Shown: piece by piece, positions 58,239 through 64,000 of the stretch
Position numbering within the stretch: the first letter of the stretch is position 1
How the letters are laid out: each line of letters starts with the position of its first letter
Origin: an uncultured Nitrospiraceae bacterium
GTDB lineage: Bacteria; Nitrospirota; Nitrospiria; Nitrospirales; Nitrospiraceae
DNA length: 64,000 nucleotides
Assembly: GCA_963706325.1 (NCBI GenBank)
Contig: CAVPLT010000004.1
Span: forward strand, 224,001-288,000
Reading direction: 5' to 3'
Notes under the pieces: generated by a model
Databases searched by the model: none
Told to the model about the DNA's origin: nothing
The model's input: the letters and a program-made list of their open reading frames with translations, nothing else
Made by a program: the position numbers and the translations under genes

Positions 58239-58496
58239 ATGGTGACGGTGCGACTCTTCGGCATGACGAAGCTGCTGGCGGGGAATCAGGGAACGCTGTC
58301 CCTGGCCCTTCATGGTGGAAATCGGGTCAAGGACCTGATCGCCGTGATCGAATCCACCTATCCACAGATCGGCGAATTGCTGCACAAGAAAAAGGTGCTT
58401 GTGTCGGTCAATCAGGACATTGCGCACGAGGATCTTGAAGTCAAAGACGGGGACGAAATTGCGCTGCTGCCTCCCTTTGCGGGCGGAAGCCGATAG
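58239..58496 (+). CDS. moaD: MoaD/ThiS sulfur carrier with a C-terminal extension
   Basis: VTVRLFG, VSVNQ and DGDEIALLPPFAGG-SR. Confidence 0.9.
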   Translation: MVTVRLFGMTKLLAGNQGTLSLALHGGNRVKDLIAVIESTYPQIGELLHKKKVLVSVNQDIAHEDLEVKDGDEIALLPPFAGGSR

Positions 58497-58505
58497 GAGC
58501 GACCG

Positions 58506-58979
58506 ATGAGCTTCGAACAGGTTATCAAGGCTGATCTTCCTCTCGTGGACGATGACGCGATGTTGGTTCGCGTCCAACGGGAAGATTTCTCGATCGACGA
58601 GGAGCTTCGACGGGTGCGCCAGCGCTCCAAGAGGATCGGTGGTATTGCCATGTTCCTGGGCACGGCCCGCGACCGCTCGAAGGGCAAGGATGTGGATAGC
58701 ATCACCTTTGAACATTACGAAGGCATGGCGCAGAAGAAGTTGCGCGAGATTCGCGCGCGCGCGTTGAAGGATTTTGACGTCATCGAAATGCTCGTGTTGC
58801 ATCGGTATGGCGAGATCGGTATCGGAGACAACATCGTCTTGATCATCGCGGGCGCCGAGCATCGGGCTGAGGCTTTTCAGGCCTGCAAGTGGGCCATCGA
58901 CGAACTGAAGCAAATTACTCCGATTTGGAAACTCGAACATACTCCCGAAGGGGAGGTGTGGGTCGAGGAGCACCCATAG
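58506..58979 (+). CDS. moaE: molybdopterin synthase catalytic subunit MoaE
   Basis: FLGTARD, EHYEGMA, HRYG, HRAEAF and PIWKLE. Confidence 0.96.
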   Translation: MSFEQVIKADLPLVDDDAMLVRVQREDFSIDEELRRVRQRSKRIGGIAMFLGTARDRSKGKDVDSITFEHYEGMAQKKLREIRARALKDFDVIEMLVLHRYGEIGIGDNIVLIIAGAEHRAEAFQACKWAIDELKQITPIWKLEHTPEGEVWVEEHP

Positions 58980-59031
58980 CCCCCTCAGGGGTGAGTAGTA
59001 GGGAGTAGGAGGCAGTTGCCTTCGAGTCACT

Positions 59032-60096
59032 ATGGATCACACCACGCTTGATACGCCCACTCCTACGATCCACGACCGGTTGGGGCGCCCACTCCGTAGT
59101 TTGCGTCTCTCCGTTACAGACCGCTGCAACCTCCGGTGCAAGTACTGCATGCCCGAGGACGACTACGCCTGGCTGCCGCGGGATACCATCCTGACATTCG
59201 AGGAGATGGCAGAACTGACGGCGGTCTTCACCGAGTTGGGTGTCGACAAGGTGAGGCTGACGGGCGGGGAACCGCTGCTACGCCGGGACCTGCCGCGTTT
59301 TGTGCGACAGCTGTCCGAGAATCGCCGGATTACCGAAATCGCTTTGACCAGCAACGGCGTGCTCATGGCTGACCAAGCCGCCGATCTGTCGTTTGCGGGG
59401 TTGAATCGCGTGACGATCAGTCTGGATACGCTGCGCCCGGACCGATTTCGCGCGTTAACGAAGCGTGACCTACACCACCAAGTGTTCGATGGCATCAAGG
59501 CCGTGGTGCAAGCCGGATTTCCCTCCCTGAAATTCGACACCGTTGTGATGAAAGGCTACAACGACGACGAACTCATCGATCTCATCGAATACGCGAAGAC
59601 CGTCGGCGGCGAAGTACGGTTCATTGAGTATATGGATGTAGGCGGCGCTACCAATTGGTCCATGGGGAAGGTGCTGTCGCGAGCGGAGATGCTGGATCAT
59701 ATAAGCCGGCATTATGGCGAGGTCAAGCCGATCGTTGAGAACTCGGTCGCACCGGCTGAACGCTTCGTCCTCCCCGATGGCACGAGCTTCGGCATCATTC
59801 CTTCGACTACGACGCCGTTCTGTCGTTCCTGTGATCGCAGCCGGCTTACGGCCGATGGGATGTGGTATCTCTGTTTGTACGCCAAGGACGGTCTCGACCT
59901 GCGAGCCCCGCTACGGGCGGGCCGCACCCGCAATGAACTGAAGGCCCTGATCAGCGAGGCCTGGCAAGGGCGGGCAGACCGGGGGGCCGAGGAACGAAAA
60001 GCCTTGGAAGTGCTGGGATTGCGGGAACAACGACTCATTGAGATCAACCGCCTCCGTGAAGATCCCCACCTGGAAATGCATGCGCGAGGAGGATGA
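59032..60096 (+). CDS. moaA: GTP 3',8-cyclase MoaA
   Basis: LRLSVTDRCNLRCKYCMP, RLTGGEP, FCRSCDR..C and a C-terminal GG. Confidence 0.97.
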   Translation: MDHTTLDTPTPTIHDRLGRPLRSLRLSVTDRCNLRCKYCMPEDDYAWLPRDTILTFEEMAELTAVFTELGVDKVRLTGGEPLLRRDLPRFVRQLSENRRITEIALTSNGVLMADQAADLSFAGLNRVTISLDTLRPDRFRALTKRDLHHQVFDGIKAVVQAGFPSLKFDTVVMKGYNDDELIDLIEYAKTVGGEVRFIEYMDVGGATNWSMGKVLSRAEMLDHISRHYGEVKPIVENSVAPAERFVLPDGTSFGIIPSTTTPFCRSCDRSRLTADGMWYLCLYAKDGLDLRAPLRAGRTRNELKALISEAWQGRADRGAEERKALEVLGLREQRLIEINRLREDPHLEMHARGG

Positions 60097-60157
60097 CCGT
60101 CAGTTCGTCCTGCTCCAAGTACCGGATCGGTCACCCATCAATCTCCCGGAGCAGTAA

Positions 60158-60865
60158 ATGTTCGATCCTCATACCCTGACAATTTTGGGACTTGGATTCG
60201 TGCTGGGGTTGCGTCATGCCTTGGACGCGGACCATCTTGCCGCGCTGTCGACAGTCTTGGCCGAACGTCCCACGGTGCAGGCCTCCGCCACCATCGGATT
60301 TTTTTGGGGACTTGGGCACACGCTCATGCTGCTCTGTGTCGGGATCGCGCTCTTGGCGCTCAATCTGACGATTCCAGAAACCCTGGCCTCTCTCTTTGAA
60401 TTTGCTGTGGGAGTCATGTTAGTGGGTCTCGGGCTTTTACTGGCTCGCCGAATGTATCGGGAGCAATGGCATCTCCATGCGCATGACCATGAGGGGCATC
60501 CCCATGTACATCTGCACAGTCATCATCTTCAGCCGGATCACGCTCACGGACATTGGTATCAAGGGTCGCTGCGTCCGCTCCTGATCGGCATGGTGCATGG
60601 GTTGGCGGGATCTGCGGCGCTCATGTTGATCGTGCTTTCCACGGCGACGGGGATTGGTCAGGGGATTGGGTATATTGTGATATTTGGGGTCGGATCGATT
60701 CTCGGCATGGTCGGTGTCGGGGCCGTGCTCAGTCTGCCGGTCGTCTACTCCGTCACAGTGGGACAGAGGGCCTATTGGATGGTGCAAGGAGTGGCCTGCC
60801 TTGCGAGCATCGGGTTGGGACTTTTGATGATGGTGCGCATCGGGTTGGGCAGTGGATGGGCGTAA
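60158..60865 (+). CDS. His-rich nickel/cobalt transporter-like membrane protein (NiCoT/UreH-like)
   Basis: LRHALDADH, WGLGH, a His-rich loop and HGLAGSA. Confidence 0.85.
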   Translation: MFDPHTLTILGLGFVLGLRHALDADHLAALSTVLAERPTVQASATIGFFWGLGHTLMLLCVGIALLALNLTIPETLASLFEFAVGVMLVGLGLLLARRMYREQWHLHAHDHEGHPHVHLHSHHLQPDHAHGHWYQGSLRPLLIGMVHGLAGSAALMLIVLSTATGIGQGIGYIVIFGVGSILGMVGVGAVLSLPVVYSVTVGQRAYWMVQGVACLASIGLGLLMMVRIGLGSGWA

Positions 60866-61079
60866 GCCGATCGACCTCTTGTGTATCGGCGTCTCTGTGG
60901 AATCCGTGGTCTGACGGTCTCCTCTGTCAGGCGCATGCGTTCGGTCTGTAGTCACGCAACCCTGCAAATCTGTGTGCGCCTTCCCAAGAGGTATGCTATT
61001 CTCCCGCGCAGCAGCTGTCGCATCCACAAGAGTGTGAGGCAGGGCCTAGGCTCGCAGATATTCCTGAGAAGCCGTGGCT

Positions 61080-61400
61080 ATGAATAGTCGCGTGCTAGAT
61101 TGTTCTGACTCTGGGCAGTTGGTGATTGGGTGAAATGGTTCGATTCAGTGTGGCACCTGCGGGTTGTTGGTCAATGACCGCGTGGTGGTTGATGCCGACA
61201 GAGTTGGGTCGAAGTGACGCCTTGAGGAGCAGCGGCGTATTCGAGTGGTCTCATTGACCCACCTCCATTTCATTCATAGTCCCGAGTTTCCGCCGCCGGC
61301 CGATAACCTGGTCGGTGAGATTGATGAGCCGTCGTCATTGCTCTCATTCCCAAGATTTTGAACAGGTATATGCCCACCATCTCAAACCTCGATTTCGCGA
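61080..61400 (+). pseudogene. decayed MBL-fold (class II cyclic-nucleotide phosphodiesterase-like) gene
   Basis: MNSRVLDCSDS..*..QCGTCGLLVNDRVVVDAD..*RLEEQRRIRVVSLTHLHFIH..ADNL. In-frame stops at 61131 and 61215, an apparent frameshift near 61330, then truncation. Confidence 0.7.
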
Positions 61401-61489
61401 ACGGATCAGGCAGGAACTCGGGCAATTGGACATTCCATATTTGACCGCGTTCGAAGAGGGCCGCGCCCTTCCACTATAGGTGACCACAG

Positions 61490-62326
61490 ATGGCTTGGTT
61501 TAAAAAAGGGAAGACAGACGAGGCAGAGCCTCCCAAACGCTCCAAGGTGGCGGAGGGGATGTGGCTGAAGTGCAATCACTGCCGGGAGATCGTCTATCGC
61601 AAGGAGGTGGACCGCAACAACAAGGTCTGCCCCAAGTGTGACTATCACTTCCCCATCTCGGTCATCGAACGCATCAACCTATTGGTTGATCTCGGGACTT
61701 TCAAAGAGTGGGACGCCGGCCTGGAGCCTCAAGACCCTCTCCTCTTTCACGACACTCGCTCGTATAAGGATCGGATCAAAGCCCAACAGGAGAAGACCGG
61801 ACGGAAAGATGCCATGGTCATTGGCCAGGGGGCGATCAATGGACGCAAGGTGGCGCTATGCGTTTTTGACTTTGGATTCATGGGCGGGAGCATGGGATCG
61901 GTCGTGGGGGAGAAAATCTGTCGCGCTGTCGATCGAGCGTTGGAGGGGCGATTGCCCTTGATCCTCGTGACGGCTTCAGGAGGAGCGCGCATGCAGGAGG
62001 GCATTCTGTCACTGATGCAAATGGCGAAAACGTCTGCTGCGGTGGCGAAATTAGGAGAGGCGAAGCTTCCGTTCGTCTCGATTTTGGCCGATCCCACCTT
62101 CGGCGGAGTCACGGCGAGTATTGCCATGCTCGGGGATGTCATCATCGCGGAACCGAAAGCGTTGATTGGATTCGCCGGCCCGCGCGTTATCGAACAGACC
62201 ATCAAGCAACAATTGCCCGATCAGTTTCAACGAGCCGAGTTTTTGCTCGATCATGGAATGATCGATATGATCGTCGAGCGGAAACAATTGAAAGAAGCGG
62301 TGAGCACATTAGTGGGTCACTTTTAG
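61490..62326 (+). CDS. accD: acetyl-CoA carboxylase carboxyltransferase beta subunit
   Basis: [33 protein letters not shown] and [11 protein letters not shown]. Confidence 0.98.
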   Translation: MAWFKKGKTDEAEPPKRSKVAEGMWLKCNHCREIVYRKEVDRNNKVCPKCDYHFPISVIERINLLVDLGTFKEWDAGLEPQDPLLFHDTRSYKDRIKAQQEKTGRKDAMVIGQGAINGRKVALCVFDFGFMGGSMGSVVGEKICRAVDRALEGRLPLILVTASGGARMQEGILSLMQMAKTSAAVAKLGEAKLPFVSILADPTFGGVTASIAMLGDVIIAEPKALIGFAGPRVIEQTIKQQLPDQFQRAEFLLDHGMIDMIVERKQLKEAVSTLVGHF

Positions 62327-62354
62327 GTCGAATGCCCTTCCCCGGATTGCCACG

Positions 62355-63650
62355 ATGACCTATTCCGAGACCGTGCAGTTTCTCTATGGCCTGCAGCAGC
62401 ACGGCATCAAGTTGGGGCTTGAAACGGTACGCGACTTATTGACCAGGGCAGGCGAGCCTCAGCGCCGCTATCCTGCGCTCCACATCGGCGGGACCAACGG
62501 CAAAGGATCGACGGCCGCGATGGTTGCGTCCATCCTGCAGGCGGCTGGCCATCGCGTAGGTCTCTATACCTCGCCGCACCTGATTGATTTTCGTGAGCGG
62601 ATTCGGGTCAACGGCGTCATGGTTCCAGAAGCCCGCGTGACCGCGTTAGTTGAGACCTTACAGGCCGCTGCGGCGCCCGATCTGGCCCCGACTTTTTTTG
62701 AATTCACGACGGCGCTTGCGTTTCAATATTTTGCCGAATGCCATATCGATGTGGCGGTGCTGGAAGTGGGGTTGGGCGGGCGATTCGACGCCACCAATGT
62801 TGTGGAACCGCTGGCGACCGCCATCACCACGATCGGACTTGATCATGAAGCGTATCTCGGCCCGACCTTGGAGGCGATTGCGTTTGAGAAGGCCGGCATT
62901 ATCAAGCCTGCGGCGCCGGTGGTGATCGGCCGCATCGACGCGCCGGCTCGTCATGTGATTGAGGCGCGTGCGTTGACGGAAGCCGCGCCTATTGTGGCCT
63001 TGGATCGAGAGTTTCGCTGCGAAGGGCCATCGCCGGCCGACTGTCACTATGTGGGGATAGCGGCAGAATACGAACATTTGTGCTGCCCCCTGAAGGGACG
63101 TTTTCAACTGGACAATATCGCCTGCGCTTTGGCCTTAATCGAATTGGCCCGATCGCGGAGCCTCGGAATCTCAGAAGGTGCGGTTCGCCTGGGGTTGCAG
63201 CACACTGCCTGGGAAGGTCGGCTGGAAATCGTCGGTGAGACGCCCACCGTGCTCGTGGACGGAGCCCATAATCCTGCCGCTGCGCTTGCCTTGGCAGAGT
63301 TTCTTGCGGAATGGCGATGGAAAAATCCTGCTGCGCGAATCCATGCGATCATCGGGATGATGCGCGATAAACATCCGCGCGAATTTATCGGTCCATTGTT
63401 GGGGGTGATCGACAGCGTGATCCTGACGCAGGCTGATCTACCTCGTGCTTTGACTGGCTCGGATCTGCGTAAGATCCTGCGTGATTGCGCGCCTTTCGCA
63501 CAGGTGGCGACGACGTCGGCTGATGCGCTTGCTTGTGCGAAGCGCTCGGCGATTTCATCCGACCTCATTTGTGTCACAGGCTCTCTGATGCTGGTCGGCG
63601 AGATCAAGGCCCTCCTACGAGGGTGCTCCCTCTCACCTCTTCGTGGCTGA
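62355..63650 (+). CDS. folC: bifunctional folylpolyglutamate/dihydrofolate synthase
   Basis: GTNGKGS, YTSPHL, EVGLGGRFDATN, DGAHNP and GSL. Confidence 0.96.
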   Translation: MTYSETVQFLYGLQQHGIKLGLETVRDLLTRAGEPQRRYPALHIGGTNGKGSTAAMVASILQAAGHRVGLYTSPHLIDFRERIRVNGVMVPEARVTALVETLQAAAAPDLAPTFFEFTTALAFQYFAECHIDVAVLEVGLGGRFDATNVVEPLATAITTIGLDHEAYLGPTLEAIAFEKAGIIKPAAPVVIGRIDAPARHVIEARALTEAAPIVALDREFRCEGPSPADCHYVGIAAEYEHLCCPLKGRFQLDNIACALALIELARSRSLGISEGAVRLGLQHTAWEGRLEIVGETPTVLVDGAHNPAAALALAEFLAEWRWKNPAARIHAIIGMMRDKHPREFIGPLLGVIDSVILTQADLPRALTGSDLRKILRDCAPFAQVATTSADALACAKRSAISSDLICVTGSLMLVGEIKALLRGCSLSPLRG

Positions 63651-63651
63651 G

Positions 63652-64000
63652 ATGGGGCCAGACCGCTACTCGATGTTCACGCGGTGGTCGGCATTCGCAC
63701 GTCACGCATCGGTTGGTCTCTTCTGTGGACTCTTCTCTCTGCTCCTGATGTCTGGATCGGCCGGGGCGCAATCCACGGTTACCGCGCCTTCACCGACGAA
63801 TCAACCCCTCACGATCACCGCGGCGCGAATCGATCAGCTTCAAGAGTACGATGTGTATGAGGCGGATGGGTCGGTAGTGGTTACCCAGGGTCCGCTTCGC
63901 CTCACGGCCGATCATGTGACGCTCAACGCCTTGCCGGGCACGCTCGTGGCAACCGGGCATGTGCACTTCGTCGATCCGACCTCAGATCTGACGTCGGAAC
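63652..64000 (+). CDS. lptD: LPS-assembly protein LptD, N-terminal part (runs off the right edge)
   Basis: Signal peptide, then an OstA-like beta-jellyroll PLTITAARID..YEADGSVVVTQGPLRLTADHV..ATGHV. Confidence 0.7.
   Translation, partial: MGPDRYSMFTRWSAFARHASVGLFCGLFSLLLMSGSAGAQSTVTAPSPTNQPLTITAARIDQLQEYDVYEADGSVVVTQGPLRLTADHVTLNALPGTLVATGHVHFVDPTSDLTSE

Noticed and set aside
61137..61146. GGTTCGATTC, resembling a tRNA T-loop
   Set aside because: No cloverleaf, acceptor stem or anticodon arm surrounds it.
61107..61288. Nested long-range stems (tgggtgaaatgg/ccatttcattca; ggtcaatga/tcattgacc) about 180 nt long, suggesting a 6S-like ncRNA
   Set aside because: The same bases translate to a recognisable MBL-fold pseudogene, and the internal loop is too asymmetric for 6S RNA. 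An Rfam scan would settle it.

Overview
A 64-kb stretch of bacterial chromosome, GC-rich (roughly 58-60% by eye). It is most likely from a Nitrospira species; this is inferred from gene content and from a Nitrospira-type intergenic repeat I recognise from memory. In order, it holds: a trehalose/alpha-glucan locus (DUF5752, treS, treT-like, GT2, TM-helix protein, partial glgE); a Gtr-like glycosylation pair and mltC; an accessory signalling island (12.4-22.7 kb) with a frameshifted Cache histidine kinase, an Rcp1-like regulator, a REC-6xPAS-GAF kinase, a NarL regulator and two pseudo-receivers; arfB, an RRM protein and a desaturase; three PilZ genes with lpxL and a GAF-PilB/GspE ATPase; uppS-cdsA-dxr-rseP-proS; tldD-tldE; udg; a HAD-BtuF-like-hpnD-hpnE operon; a membrane Ser/Thr kinase-PP2C-FHA operon; folB::methyltransferase plus a PHP protein; a metacaspase cassette; moaCDEA plus a His-rich transporter; a decayed phosphodiesterase pseudogene; and accD-folC-lptD (partial). 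I saw no rRNA, tRNA, CRISPR array or transposase. Signals the ORF track misses include three small proteins, a hidden MBL-fold pseudogene, a probable ATC start codon and three candidate leaderless mRNAs. Also notable are a MoaD with a masked C-terminal Gly-Gly and several apparently non-catalytic paralogues. No single clearly novel system can be proven from sequence alone; the candidates are scored in the findings.
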